Below, in pieces: positions 37,330 to 47,614 of a stretch of DNA of 64,000 nucleotides (positions are counted from its first letter, which is position 1; the number at the start of each line of letters is the position of its first letter). This DNA is from Alphaproteobacteria bacterium (lineage in GTDB: Bacteria; Pseudomonadota; Alphaproteobacteria; JAUXUR01), in the NCBI GenBank assembly GCA_030696155.1, contig JAUYSY010000022.1, forward strand, positions 4,172-68,171, written 5' to 3'. A program made the position numbers and the translations under genes. Below the pieces are notes generated by a model, which was not told the DNA's origin, ran no database searches, and saw only the letters and a list, made by a program, of their open reading frames with translations.

Positions 37330-37626
37330 TTATTCAGCTGGAGCAGCTTGTTGTGTCGGTGCAGCTTTACCTTTTTTACCACCACCCAATAAACTAGATA
37401 CACCTTTTTTTGCCTTCTTTAAAAGATCACCTAGAAACAATGTTGCTGCCGCATCATGAGGTGTTCCTTTTGCGTTATGGCTACCACCTACAGCGTCCAT
37501 AGTGCCATCATCATAATGTTGTACATCAATTGTATGGCTGCTTTTACCAACTACTTTTTTAGCAAGCACAAGACCTGGTTGTGCAAAAAAAGCGATTGCT
37601 GATAGAATGATAAGTGTTTTTTTCAT
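37330..37626 (-). CDS. small secreted Gly/Lys-rich hypothetical protein
   Basis: Signal peptide MKKTLIILSAIAFFAQPGLVLA and a low-complexity GGGKKGK tail. Confidence 0.45.
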   Translation of the reverse strand: MKKTLIILSAIAFFAQPGLVLAKKVVGKSSHTIDVQHYDDGTMDAVGGSHNAKGTPHDAAATLFLGDLLKKAKKGVSSLLGGGKKGKAAPTQQAAPAE

Positions 37627-37807
37627 ATTTTTGTTTCCTCAATTGAAATGCTATCTTGATTATTCTGACATGAACTCATTACTATAAACAAGATAGATGT
37701 TACAAAATAAAAATCTTAAAAACAAAATATCTAAAGCATGAGAAAACATAGAATTCAAAAAATATAAAATATACAACAGGTAAAATAAAAAATAAGGGCA
37801 GAAAAAA

Positions 37808-39310
37808 ATGCATGATCTAGGACATTTTATGAGCGGCAAAAGAATTTCCGGCAAAGGTAATCGATCCTTTCCTATCGTGAACCCAGCGCAGGGCGAAATC
37901 ATCAGGCATGTAACATGTGCGACTAAAAAAGAAGTTGAAGATATTGTTCAAAATGCCCAAAATGCTTTTCCCAAATGGGCTGATACACCACCTGCAACGC
38001 GCGGTAAAATTCTTTCAAAATTCAAAAATCTTTTGGAAAACCATGAAACCGAAATTGCAACTCTTATCGCTGAGGAACATGGCAAATCAATCTTTGAAGC
38101 CAAAGGATCTTTAGCACGTGGGCTCGATGTGCTTGATTATGCAAGCAATATCGCGGCTCATTTAAAAGGTGATCATCTTGAAAATGTTGGACGAAACATT
38201 GATTGTTATTCCATGCGGCAACCCATTGGCGTTTGCGTTGGCATTACACCTTTTAATTTTCCTGCAATGATCCCTTTATGGATTGGCTCCATCGCCATCG
38301 CTTGTGGCAATGCTTTTATTTTAAAACCATCTGAACGTGATCCGTCCTGCCCCTTACGGATTGCAGAACTTGCCTATGAATCTGGTATTCCTGAAGGCAT
38401 ATTTAATGTTGTTCAAGGTGATAAAGAAGTCGTCGATATGTTATTGGCGCATCCCATTGTTAAAACAATAAGTTTTGTAGGCCAAACCGAAACAGCGCGT
38501 TATATCCAAGAAACAGGCATTCATTATGGCAAACGCGTCCAAGCTTTTGGTGGCGCAAAAAACCATATGCTGATTATGCCCGATACAGATTTAGAGCAAA
38601 CAATTGATGCCCTTATTGGGGCAGCTTATGGTTCAGCGGGTGAAAGATGTATGGCCATTTCAGTCGCCATGCCCGTTGGGGATCAATTAGCTGATAAGTT
38701 GGTCGCAGGCTTAAGCGCCAAAATCAAAAAACTTAAAATTGGCCCTTATACAGATCCTAATGCTGAAATGGGCCCACTTATTAACCAAGCACATCTTGAA
38801 AAAGTAAAAAACTATATTGATCAAGGTGTTAAAGATGGCGCCAAACTTGTAGTTGATGGACGTTCTTTTCAACACCCGACTGAGCCAAAAGGCTATTTTT
38901 TAGGCGGCTGTCTTTTTGATCATGTACAACCTAATATGTCTATTTACAAGCACGAAATCTTCGGACCTGTTTTATGTATCGTCCGTGTCAAATCCTATGA
39001 AGAAGGATTACAGCTTATTAATAGTCACCCTTATGGGAATGGGGTTGCTCTTTACACACGTGATGGGGATACGGCGCGTGATTTCTGTACTCGCGTTGAA
39101 GCGGGCATGGTTGGTATTAATGTGCCCGTGCCAGTACCTGTTGCACAACAAAGTTTTGGTGGCTGGAAAAATTCCGCTTTCGCAGATATTGGGATGCACG
39201 GCATGGAGGGCATTCGCTTTTTTACGAAACTAAAAACCGTCACCGAAAGATGGCCTTCTGGCATTCGAAAGGGCGTCGAATTTTCGCTGCTCACAACTGA
39301 ACATAAGTAA
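37808..39310 (+). CDS. mmsA: CoA-acylating methylmalonate-semialdehyde dehydrogenase
   Basis: Aldehyde dehydrogenase fold with catalytic Cys in GERCMA and Glu in the LGGK/…PV…E region; a MmsA-type length of 500 aa, followed by mmsB. Confidence 0.85.
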   Translation: MHDLGHFMSGKRISGKGNRSFPIVNPAQGEIIRHVTCATKKEVEDIVQNAQNAFPKWADTPPATRGKILSKFKNLLENHETEIATLIAEEHGKSIFEAKGSLARGLDVLDYASNIAAHLKGDHLENVGRNIDCYSMRQPIGVCVGITPFNFPAMIPLWIGSIAIACGNAFILKPSERDPSCPLRIAELAYESGIPEGIFNVVQGDKEVVDMLLAHPIVKTISFVGQTETARYIQETGIHYGKRVQAFGGAKNHMLIMPDTDLEQTIDALIGAAYGSAGERCMAISVAMPVGDQLADKLVAGLSAKIKKLKIGPYTDPNAEMGPLINQAHLEKVKNYIDQGVKDGAKLVVDGRSFQHPTEPKGYFLGGCLFDHVQPNMSIYKHEIFGPVLCIVRVKSYEEGLQLINSHPYGNGVALYTRDGDTARDFCTRVEAGMVGINVPVPVPVAQQSFGGWKNSAFADIGMHGMEGIRFFTKLKTVTERWPSGIRKGVEFSLLTTEHK

Positions 39311-39344
39311 CTATCCGTCCTATCGTCAAATTGACACATACATT

Positions 39345-39527
39345 GTTTCCCTGGACAAGTGAGAGTCCAAAGGACTCGAGCCAGATCCAGGGTCCAGATA
39401 ACACTCATGATCGCAGATCATGTCATAATGTTTAAAAAAATAAAGCCATGCTCTTCGAGCATGTATTTTGATCTGGATCCTGGATCTGCGTATGAAGCTC
39501 CGCTTCAACGCGTCCAGGAAAACAAGG
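39345..39527. repeat. family B composite element
   Basis: TGTTTCCCTGGACAAG…CATGCTCTTCGAGCATG…GGATCCTGGATCTGCGTATGAAGCTCCGCTTCAACGCGTCCAGGAAAACAAGG, between mmsA and mmsB. Confidence 0.6.
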
Positions 39528-39568
39528 GAAAGGAAATATACTATAAAAAAACATTATAAGGGAAAAAT

Positions 39569-40456
39569 ATGAAAAAAATAGGATTTATCGGTCTAGGACA
39601 TATGGGACAACCCATGTGCCTCAATCTCCTTAAAAATAAGCATCAAGTGAAAGTATATGATCTCGTCACAGAAGCTGTTGATTATCTTATAGATCATGGC
39701 GCTCTAAAAGCAAATGATCTTGCCGATATTGTTGACGATGTTGATATTGTTATTTCCATGTTGCCTGAAGGCAAACATGTATCTCAAGTTTATTTGGGCG
39801 AAAAAGGACTTTTATCTGTTGCTAAAAAACCTTTATTTTTTGCGGATTGTTCAACCATTGATGTTCAAACAGCGCAAACAATTGCTCAAAAAGCAAAATC
39901 TTTAGGTCATCAAGTAGTTGATGCCCCTGTTTCAGGTGGCGTTAAGGGAGCTGAAAATGCAGTACTCACCTTTATGGTAGGTGGTGCTTTATCTGATTTT
40001 GAATACATCAAACCTATTTTAGCACAAATGGGTAAAAATATTTTTCATGCTGGCGATAATGGGATGGGACAAGCTGTCAAAATATGTAACAATTTGATGT
40101 TGGCTATCAACATGATTGGCACGAGTGAGGCTTTTGCTTTGGCTGAAAAATTAGGTCTATCTAAAGAAAAACTCTTTGAAGTCGCCTCAACATCATCCGG
40201 TCAAAGCTGGTCTTTAACAAGCTACTGCCCAGTTCCAGGCCCATTACCTGCTTCACCCGCTAACTTTGGATATAAAGCGGGTTTTACGGCCCAAATGATG
40301 CTGAAAGATTTGAAACTTGCCAATACGCTTTCTTCTGAAATTCAACTGCCTTTAGGTCAAAAAGCAATGGATCTATATGAAAGTTTCTGTGCTGACAATA
40401 ATGCAGGCTTGGATTTTTCAGGGATATATTTGAAAATTGCTGCAAACAAAAAATAA
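39569..40456 (+). CDS. mmsB: 3-hydroxyisobutyrate dehydrogenase
   Basis: N-terminal Rossmann GFIGLGHMG and the catalytic Lys region (…GQAVKICNN…) of the HIBADH family. Confidence 0.85.
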   Translation: MKKIGFIGLGHMGQPMCLNLLKNKHQVKVYDLVTEAVDYLIDHGALKANDLADIVDDVDIVISMLPEGKHVSQVYLGEKGLLSVAKKPLFFADCSTIDVQTAQTIAQKAKSLGHQVVDAPVSGGVKGAENAVLTFMVGGALSDFEYIKPILAQMGKNIFHAGDNGMGQAVKICNNLMLAINMIGTSEAFALAEKLGLSKEKLFEVASTSSGQSWSLTSYCPVPGPLPASPANFGYKAGFTAQMMLKDLKLANTLSSEIQLPLGQKAMDLYESFCADNNAGLDFSGIYLKIAANKK

Positions 40457-40470
40457 GCGCCTATCCTATG

Positions 40471-40544
40471 GGCAAATTCGTTGTCAGGTCTGCGCATTCC
40501 AGTGCTCATGTACTTTAAGTACATTCCGCGCCGGTTCTCGTCCT
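40471..40544. repeat. family E palindromic element (copy 1)
   Basis: …GCGCATTCCAGTGCTCATGTACTTTAAGTACATTCCGCGCCGGTTCTCGTCC; its reverse complement recurs at 44361..44432. Confidence 0.55.
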
Positions 40545-40636
40545 TTCTAGACTTTGCCTCATAATCTAGGCGCTTGTCCAGAATCTATTTAAATATAAGA
40601 AGAACACGTGAACATTAAAAAAAAAGGGAAAATAAA

Positions 40637-42658
40637 ATGGCCGCGATCGAAGCAAAATTAGGCATTAAAACTCAAAATGAAAAAGATTTAATTATTTCCA
40701 TTGATAATTTATTAACTAAAGGGCAATTTTTTATCGCTCAAGATCTTTCACAATCTGCCATTGAACAATTCCCTGATAATATAGAATTTAAAAAATTAAA
40801 AGCCAGAGCATTATTAGAAGCAGGTGCCTTAGAAGAAGCACGCGCACTTATCGAACCATTAAGTTCGCATTCTTTATTAGATCGGGATCTTCTGCTTAAT
40901 ACCGTCAACAAACTTAGTGGTTTTTTTGAATCTTTCAAAGATTTCGATAAAAATGCACCTAAATGGGAAACCCTAAAAGGTAGTGCCGAATTATCAATAG
41001 CCTTAGCCCAAACAGGTGAAATGGCCCAAAATGCCTTATCCGTTGACATTGAATCTTTGAGTTTACTAGCGCACATATACAAGAATATCTGGCTTCGAAG
41101 CCAAAAAGATGAACATTTTCAGCGTCTTCACAAAACATATCATCAAGCCTATCAGCAAAGCCCCCAATTATCCTTGGGTGTTCAAGCTGCCATATCTAGT
41201 TTTGTGTCAGGTGAAAAAGAAAAAGCGCTTGATATATTGCGTGAATCTCTTGATAAAACAAGCTTAACCCAAGAAAATGCATCTGATTATTGTTTGGCCT
41301 CTCTTTTAATGGGCGATCAGATGATGGCCGAAAAAGCCATTAAACTTAAATCCTCTTTTTATGAGAAAAATTTTTCTGAACGCACTAAAATGCGACGTGA
41401 AATTAAATTACTCGAAAAATATAAAATTAAAATTCCCTCTATTGTCCAAGATATTTTAAAGCCGCCCGTTATTGTTGGATTTACAGGCCATATGATTGAT
41501 GCGCCGAATAGAAGCGCGCCTCGTTTCCCCGCTTTTATCGAACCTCAAGTAAAAATTAAAATGCAGGAAGTATTAAGCGATATTAAAGCAGAAATTGGTT
41601 ATTCTTTAGGCGCTTCAGGCGGCGACATTATTTTTCTTGAAACAATGCTTGAACGCGGTGGCGAAATCAATATGATCATGCCATTTGCAACGCATGATTT
41701 TATCGAAGCCTCCATTCGTTTCGCAGGTAATTCATGGGTAACGCGGTTTAACCATTTGTTAAAATTAACCCATAATTTAATTTTTGCAACTGAAGAAAAT
41801 TATTTAGGCGATGATGATTTATTTCAATTCGCAGGGTTATTATTATTTGGCGATTCAATATTGCGCGCGCAAACATTGGAAGCCGAGCCCTATTTATTAG
41901 CGCTTTGGGATGGCAAACAATCAGGTCTTGTGGGCGGCACATCTGACCTTATTAACAAATGGGACAATAAAGAAACGCTCAAAATTATTGATCTGAGTAA
42001 AATTCGAGAAAATACAACGCCACCCAAATATTCAAGCATTGTCCATGAATACAAGCCAGAACTCGTTATCAATGAAAAAAGACGCGTTATTAAAACAATG
42101 CTTTTTTCAGATGTCGTTGGTTTTAGTAAATTACAAGAACATCATGTCCCTGGTTTTATTGCTTTCATGCAAGATGTCGCCAAACATCTTTTTGATTCAA
42201 GTCAAAATCCTTCTTTTATCAACACCTGGGGGGATGCTATTTTTGCCGTTTTGGATGACGCGCAATCAATGGCAACTTACGCGCTCGCCCTTAAAGAAGC
42301 CTTACATAAAGCAGGCTTTAAAGATTATGGATTGCCAACAAAATTATCTTTGCGCATCGGCCTTCATGCAGGTCCTGTTTACGAAGACAAAGATCCCATT
42401 ACGGGACGTGTCAATTATTATGGTGGACACGTAAACCGTGCGGCGCGCATCGAACCCGTGACAGTGCCAGGTCGCGTTTACGCGAGTGAGCAATTTATTT
42501 CACTTTTAGCATCAGAAGAAGCAGGTCTTCAATTACGCGCTAAAGAAAAAGGTGAACATATTGATTTTCCATGGATGTATGAATATGTAGGCACAATGTC
42601 ACTCGCTAAAAAATTCGGAGAGCAAAAAATTTATCATTTAACCGAACGTGAAATTTGA
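40637..42658 (+). CDS. three-module signalling protein: an N-terminal TPR-like helical region, a central Rossmann-like domain of uncertain family, and a C-terminal class III adenylate/guanylate cyclase
   Basis: The C-terminal cyclase homology domain (FSDVVGFSKL…, WGDAIFAV, GLHAGPV…GGHVNRAARIE). The central segment has GFTGHMIDAPNR…GASGGDIIFLE, which is reminiscent of LOG/DprA/SLOG-type Rossmann motifs. Confidence 0.7.
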   Translation: MAAIEAKLGIKTQNEKDLIISIDNLLTKGQFFIAQDLSQSAIEQFPDNIEFKKLKARALLEAGALEEARALIEPLSSHSLLDRDLLLNTVNKLSGFFESFKDFDKNAPKWETLKGSAELSIALAQTGEMAQNALSVDIESLSLLAHIYKNIWLRSQKDEHFQRLHKTYHQAYQQSPQLSLGVQAAISSFVSGEKEKALDILRESLDKTSLTQENASDYCLASLLMGDQMMAEKAIKLKSSFYEKNFSERTKMRREIKLLEKYKIKIPSIVQDILKPPVIVGFTGHMIDAPNRSAPRFPAFIEPQVKIKMQEVLSDIKAEIGYSLGASGGDIIFLETMLERGGEINMIMPFATHDFIEASIRFAGNSWVTRFNHLLKLTHNLIFATEENYLGDDDLFQFAGLLLFGDSILRAQTLEAEPYLLALWDGKQSGLVGGTSDLINKWDNKETLKIIDLSKIRENTTPPKYSSIVHEYKPELVINEKRRVIKTMLFSDVVGFSKLQEHHVPGFIAFMQDVAKHLFDSSQNPSFINTWGDAIFAVLDDAQSMATYALALKEALHKAGFKDYGLPTKLSLRIGLHAGPVYEDKDPITGRVNYYGGHVNRAARIEPVTVPGRVYASEQFISLLASEEAGLQLRAKEKGEHIDFPWMYEYVGTMSLAKKFGEQKIYHLTEREI

Positions 42659-42686
42659 GTATTTTCATTCTGAATATTTTTAGTTA

Positions 42687-42848
42687 TACCCAAATGATTT
42701 GGAAATGCCGATTTTTAGGCATGAGATTTGAGGTGGTTTTTGATGCCGAAAATTTCGACAGCTAATTGTTTTACCTTAGAAATTTTTGGTTCAAAAAACG
42801 ACCAAAGGTCATCGGCTTTAAACGGTAGTTTCAGATTATTTGGGTATA
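42687..42848. mobile_element. MITE-like repeat, family C (copy 2) with terminal inverted repeats
   Basis: TACCCAAATGATTTGG … CAGATTATTTGGGTATA; about 90% identical to 5517..5676. Confidence 0.65.
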
Positions 42849-42869
42849 TATTCTGAAAACTATTAAGGA

Positions 42870-43376
42870 ATGAAAACAATGCAAAAAATAACGACTTTTT
42901 TACCTGAGATTAAACTTGTTGGTATTACAACAAGGACGAATAATAAAGCTATGTTTGAACGCGATCCTTCAATTAATAAAATTGCGGCATTGGTTCAAAA
43001 ATATTTTCATAATGGTTTATCGGCAAAAATTACCAATCGTCAAAAACCTGCTACAACCTTTTGTGTTTATACGGATTACGAATCAGACCATCATGGCGAT
43101 TTCACTTATTTTATTGGTGAAGAAGTAAGCTCGTTTGACAATATTCCAGATGAATTCACACCATTAACCCTACCAACCCAAAATTATGCAAAATTCACGA
43201 ATGGCCCAGGACCTATGCCTGATATTTGCATTGATCTATGGCAACACATCTGGCAAATGAATCCCAAAGATTTTGGTGCGCCAAGAAGCTATCAAACAGA
43301 TTTTGAAATTTATGATGAACGCGCACATGACCATAAAAATGTCGTTTTTGATGTTTTTATTGGGATTGATGCATAA
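42870..43376 (+). CDS. GyrI-like / SbmC-like small-molecule-binding domain protein
   Basis: 168 aa with the layout typical of GyrI-like domain proteins (beta-alpha-beta-beta duplicated; conserved aromatic and Glu positions). This is a weak, motif-level call. Confidence 0.45.
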   Translation: MKTMQKITTFLPEIKLVGITTRTNNKAMFERDPSINKIAALVQKYFHNGLSAKITNRQKPATTFCVYTDYESDHHGDFTYFIGEEVSSFDNIPDEFTPLTLPTQNYAKFTNGPGPMPDICIDLWQHIWQMNPKDFGAPRSYQTDFEIYDERAHDHKNVVFDVFIGIDA

Positions 43377-43501
43377 AACTAGGTGTATTAGCAATTCGCT
43401 ACCACACCACTGCCGACAAAAATGCATGTTCTTTCGTAATACAATTGCTTATCTTTAAATGATCACAAAACCTGAAGATACGCTAATAATTAGAGAATTA
43501 T

Positions 43502-44281
43502 TTAAACCCGCTCTACCATTTTCTTCTTAATATCCGCTATTTTTTCCGCAGGATTCAAGCCTTTAGGGCATGTTTTAGTACAATTCATAATCGTGTGACA
43601 GCGATATAGTCTGAACGGATCTTCAAGCTCATCAAGGCGTTCACCAGTTGCATCATCACGGGAATCAAAAATCCAGCGATGGGCTTGTAATAAAATCGCA
43701 GGCCCTAAATAACGATCACCATTCCACCAATAACTGGGGCACGATGTTGTACACGAAAAGCAAAGAATACATTCCCAAGTACCGTCTAATTTTTCGCGCT
43801 CTTCTGGGCTTTGAAGTCTCTCTTTTGTGCTCGAAACCGGGCTATCATTTTGAAGCCAAGGCTTAATCGACGTATATTGAGCGTAAGCTTGCGTCAAATC
43901 CGGCACAAGATCCTTGATCACCGGCATATGTGGTAAAGGATAAATTTTAATATCGCCACATATTTCATCAATCGGTTTGGTACAAGCAAGGGTATTCGTC
44001 CCATCAATATTCATGGCACAAGACCCGCAAATACCTTCACGGCAAGATCGTCTAAATGTAAGCGTCGAATCAACTTGATCTTTAATTTTAATCAGCGCAT
44101 CCAACACCATTGGACCGCATTCATCTAAATCAATTTCAAAATCATCAAGACGAGGGTTTTCAGCATCATCTGGATTCCAACGATACACTTTCACATGTCT
44201 TGGATTTTTTGGCGTGCCTGAGGCTTTAACCTCTTTACCTTTTGTTATTTTTGAATTCTTTGGAAGTGCAAATTCAACCAT
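43502..44281 (-). CDS. sdhB: succinate dehydrogenase iron-sulfur subunit
   Basis: The 2Fe-2S (CREGICGSC), 4Fe-4S ([12 protein letters not shown]) and 3Fe-4S ([12 protein letters not shown]) cysteine clusters. Confidence 0.9.
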   Translation of the reverse strand: MVEFALPKNSKITKGKEVKASGTPKNPRHVKVYRWNPDDAENPRLDDFEIDLDECGPMVLDALIKIKDQVDSTLTFRRSCREGICGSCAMNIDGTNTLACTKPIDEICGDIKIYPLPHMPVIKDLVPDLTQAYAQYTSIKPWLQNDSPVSSTKERLQSPEEREKLDGTWECILCFSCTTSCPSYWWNGDRYLGPAILLQAHRWIFDSRDDATGERLDELEDPFRLYRCHTIMNCTKTCPKGLNPAEKIADIKKKMVERV

Positions 44282-44360
44282 TTTTTTAAAGCCTCGTTAA
44301 CATTAAGGACTACCATCAATATACACACAAATGTCAAAATGATGATACAAAGTCTAGGAA

Positions 44361-44432
44361 ACGTGAGAACCGGCACGGAATGTACTTAAGTACATGAGTA
44401 CTGGAAGCGCAACGTTGACGACGGATTTGTCC
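44361..44432. repeat. family E palindromic element (copy 2, inverted)
   Basis: CCGGCACGGAATGTACTTAAGTACATGAGTACTGGAAGCGC… in the sdhA-sdhB intergenic region. Confidence 0.55.
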
Positions 44433-44451
44433 TTCATTTTGACATTTAATT

Positions 44452-46242
44452 TTAGTATACCCGTTCTTGCGGCGGAAACACCTCTACATCTGAACTTAAT
44501 GTGTAATAATGGACAGGTCTGTAAGAAAGCCTTACTTTACCTGATTCATCACGATATGACAGACTATGCTTCATCCAATTCACATCATCACGCTTCGCAT
44601 AATCTTCACGTGCATGACCACCCCTGCTTTCTTTTCGGGCTTCGGCCGAATGAATAGTTGCAAGCGCTTGCTCCATCAAATTTTCAAGCTCAAAAGCTTC
44701 CAGTAAATCGCTATTCCAAATCAACGATTTATCCATCACTTTTAATTCAGCCAAAGAAGTAGCGATTTTATCTAATTTTTCTATGCCTTCACGCAACACA
44801 TCTTCTGTTCTAAAAACAGCGCAATAATCTTGCATTGTCCGTTGCATATTCAATCTAATTTCACTTGTTTTAAGCGATCCATTTGATTGTCTTATACGAT
44901 CAAAATGCGCCAATGCTTTTTCGGTGATACTTGGATTTAAATCCTTATGCGGCGTATTCGGTTTGACCAAATCTTTTGTACGAAGGGCTGCGGCTCTTCC
45001 AAACACAATAATATCCAATAACGAATTACACCCCAAACGATTAGCACCATGCACAGACACAGAAGCGCCCTCGCCTATGGCCATAAGACCTGGACAAGTA
45101 GCATCTGGATTATCAGCCGTTGGACGAATAACTTCAGCCATATAATTAGTCGGAATCCCGCCCATATTATAATGAACTGTTGGAATAACGGGGATCGGTT
45201 CTTTGGTCACATCAACATTGGCAAAAATGCGTGCTGTTTCTGCGATACCTGGCAAACGTTGATGAATCACATCCGGATCCAAATGATGTAATTGAAGATT
45301 GATATAATCTTTAAGGGGTCCAACACCACGACCTTCTCGAATTTCAATCGTGATCGCACGTGACACAACATCACGCGATGCTAAATCCTTGGCCGTTTTG
45401 GCATAACGTTCCATAAAACGTTCGCCTTCTGAATTCACAAGAAAACCACCCTCGCCGCGCGCGCCTTCCGTAATTAAGGGACCAACACCATAAATACCCG
45501 TTGGATGAAATTGAACAAATTCCATATCTTGCAAAGGCAAACCAGCACGTGTTGCCATACCAGCACCATCACCCGTACAAGTATGCGCTGATGTGCACGA
45601 AAAATAAGCACGTCCATAACCACCGGTCGCCAAAACGGTCATATGACCGCGGAATCGATGCAATGTGCCATCATCTAAATTCCAAGCCAAAACGCCGCGA
45701 CAAACGCCTTCTTCATCCATGAGTAAATCAGTGGCGAAATATTCAACGAAAAAATTCGCATTATGTTTTAATGATTGTTGATAAAGCGTATGCAATACAG
45801 CATGACCCGTTCTGTCAGCCGCTGCACAAGCGCGTCTTGCCATTTCTTTACCGTAATTCGTGGTATGGCCACCAAATGCACGCTGATAAATACGACCATC
45901 ATCGGTGCGCGAAAAAGGCACGCCAAAATGTTCAAGCTCAATCACCGCTTCTTTTGCATGGCGACACATATATTCAATAGCGTCTTGATCACCCAACCAA
46001 TCAGAGCCTTTGACGGTATCATACATATGAAAACGCCAATCATCTTCAGTAATATTACCCAAAGACGCTGCAACACCGCCTTGCGCTGCAACTGTATGAC
46101 TACGTGTTGGAAATACTTTGGTGATACAAGCTGTTTTAAGACCCGCATGCGCCATGCCTAAAGTAGCACGCAATCCAGCACCACCGGCGCCGACAACAAT
46201 AACATCATAAAAGTGATCAGTAATGGGATAGGCTTTTGACAT
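44452..46242 (-). CDS. sdhA: succinate dehydrogenase flavoprotein subunit
   Basis: The FAD-binding motif VVGAGGAGL, the covalent-FAD His context ([10 protein letters not shown]) and the active-site motifs HPTG and HGANRLG. Confidence 0.95.
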   Translation of the reverse strand: MSKAYPITDHFYDVIVVGAGGAGLRATLGMAHAGLKTACITKVFPTRSHTVAAQGGVAASLGNITEDDWRFHMYDTVKGSDWLGDQDAIEYMCRHAKEAVIELEHFGVPFSRTDDGRIYQRAFGGHTTNYGKEMARRACAAADRTGHAVLHTLYQQSLKHNANFFVEYFATDLLMDEEGVCRGVLAWNLDDGTLHRFRGHMTVLATGGYGRAYFSCTSAHTCTGDGAGMATRAGLPLQDMEFVQFHPTGIYGVGPLITEGARGEGGFLVNSEGERFMERYAKTAKDLASRDVVSRAITIEIREGRGVGPLKDYINLQLHHLDPDVIHQRLPGIAETARIFANVDVTKEPIPVIPTVHYNMGGIPTNYMAEVIRPTADNPDATCPGLMAIGEGASVSVHGANRLGCNSLLDIIVFGRAAALRTKDLVKPNTPHKDLNPSITEKALAHFDRIRQSNGSLKTSEIRLNMQRTMQDYCAVFRTEDVLREGIEKLDKIATSLAELKVMDKSLIWNSDLLEAFELENLMEQALATIHSAEARKESRGGHAREDYAKRDDVNWMKHSLSYRDESGKVRLSYRPVHYYTLSSDVEVFPPQERVY

Positions 46243-46247
46243 CTAAA

Positions 46248-46628
46248 TTAAGCTCCTAAAGCAATTTTAAGAATTGCGAAAATTGATAAAGTTGCTAAAA
46301 AAAATAACGAAAATTTAAGGAAAATCAGCGTCGTATATCGTTTCATCGGTGTTGAAACATAATCTTCAATCACAACCTTTAACCCTAACCACATATGATA
46401 AAAAAGGGTCACGACAAATAATGTTAAAAGAACAGAAGTTAAGGGCGATGCAATCCAAGCAACAAAACCATGATAATTTTCATGCAGTCGCATCAACAAC
46501 GAAATCACAAACCAGATCATTAAAGGAATAAGAGCAATTGACGTTAATCGTTGAGCAATCCAATGCATTACGCCATCTTTGGCAGATCCATGACCTTTAA
46601 CGCGCGCAAGAGGTTCTTTTAAAATCAT
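46248..46628 (-). CDS. sdhD: succinate dehydrogenase membrane anchor subunit
   Basis: A 3-TM hydrophobic protein with a heme-ligand His context; the start is taken at MILKEP, 8 nt downstream of the sdhC stop. Confidence 0.7.
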   Translation of the reverse strand: MILKEPLARVKGHGSAKDGVMHWIAQRLTSIALIPLMIWFVISLLMRLHENYHGFVAWIASPLTSVLLTLFVVTLFYHMWLGLKVVIEDYVSTPMKRYTTLIFLKFSLFFLATLSIFAILKIALGA

Positions 46629-46636
46629 TTTTTTCT

Positions 46637-47023
46637 CTAAAGCTGGCATACAACAATTCCCGAAATAAGACCTGTTAAAAGTAAGGTACCAATAATCGTT
46701 ATCCATCCAGAGGCATAAACAGATTTAAGATCCAAACCACGTCCTGCATCCCAAAACAAATGGCGAATGCCGTTCAAAATATGAAAAGAAACACCGAGCG
46801 CACAACCAAAAAGCAACGCAAGTCCAATCCAAGATCTAAAGAAATGTTTAGCCGCTTCATAGGATTCGGGCCCATTCATCAGCGAAACTAAAAAATAAAC
46901 AAGGGCCAATGAACCAAAAGCAAGACCCATACCCGTCAAACGGTGTGTAATGGATAATATCGAGGTAAGTTGAGGCTTATAGATTTGCAAATGGGGTGAA
47001 ATTGGCCGATTACGATTGCTCAT
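46637..47023 (-). CDS. sdhC: succinate dehydrogenase cytochrome b556 subunit
   Basis: The RPISPHLQIYKPQLTSILSITHR signature of SdhC and 3 TM segments. Confidence 0.85.
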   Translation of the reverse strand: MSNRNRPISPHLQIYKPQLTSILSITHRLTGMGLAFGSLALVYFLVSLMNGPESYEAAKHFFRSWIGLALLFGCALGVSFHILNGIRHLFWDAGRGLDLKSVYASGWITIIGTLLLTGLISGIVVCQL

Positions 47024-47270
47024 TCAAACTTTCCCTTATAGCTCGGAGACCCTACTTTTAACTGGATTTCCTTTTAACCCTAAGAGGTTAGCATAATTTT
47101 ATGCGCTTTCAAATAGCAAAAAAGGCCATGAAATCAAGAGTTTTTTTGTTTCTTTTTTTAAAGACATATCTATGTTTCTCAAACATCCAGAACTTATCGT
47201 CTTGTTCAATGTTACGCGCACAAATTATCATCTACGTATTTTTTACGTATATTTTAAATGAAACAAATAT

Positions 47271-47309
47271 AGAATCATCAATCATGTTAAAGAGATGATT
47301 GATGATTCT
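47271..47309. promoter_or_regulatory. perfect palindrome with 15-bp arms (candidate operator or hairpin)
   Basis: AGAATCATCAATCAT-gttaaagag-ATGATTGATGATTCT; it overlaps the ATG of a small ORF. Confidence 0.4.
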
Positions 47310-47462
47310 AAATTAAGTATTACGGCACCAGGAACGGGCGAAAACATTATCTGGGATATGATACGTGTTGCTGCGAAAGAACAATTGCGCGATAAAGAAA
47401 TTTCCAAAGGCGTTTCTAAAGGCGTTGTTACTAACAAAACTTGGTATTTTAAACGAGATTAA
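47295..47462 (+). CDS. possible small ORF (55 aa) not in the ORF track
   Basis: ATG preceded by AAAGAG; MIDDSKLSITAPGTGENIIWDMIRVAAKEQLRDKEISKGVSKGVVTNKTWYFKRD; there is no similarity evidence. Confidence 0.2.
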   Translation: MIDDSKLSITAPGTGENIIWDMIRVAAKEQLRDKEISKGVSKGVVTNKTWYFKRD

Positions 47463-47614
47463 TGAAGATGATCATGTGATTGTGGATAATAACATTATTC
47501 TTGATTAAAAATTAATGCATGTGAACGTAATATTAACAACAGCTTCCTTAATATTGCGTTCATGTTCTTATAAGATTGCCAACATTTCAATATGACACAT
47601 CCTATAAAGAAAAA

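Noticed and set aside
46629-46706. Long form of sdhD (46248..46706) overlapping sdhC
   Set aside because: The extension overlaps 70 nt of sdhC in another frame; the start at MILKEP (46628) gives normal sdhC-sdhD spacing.
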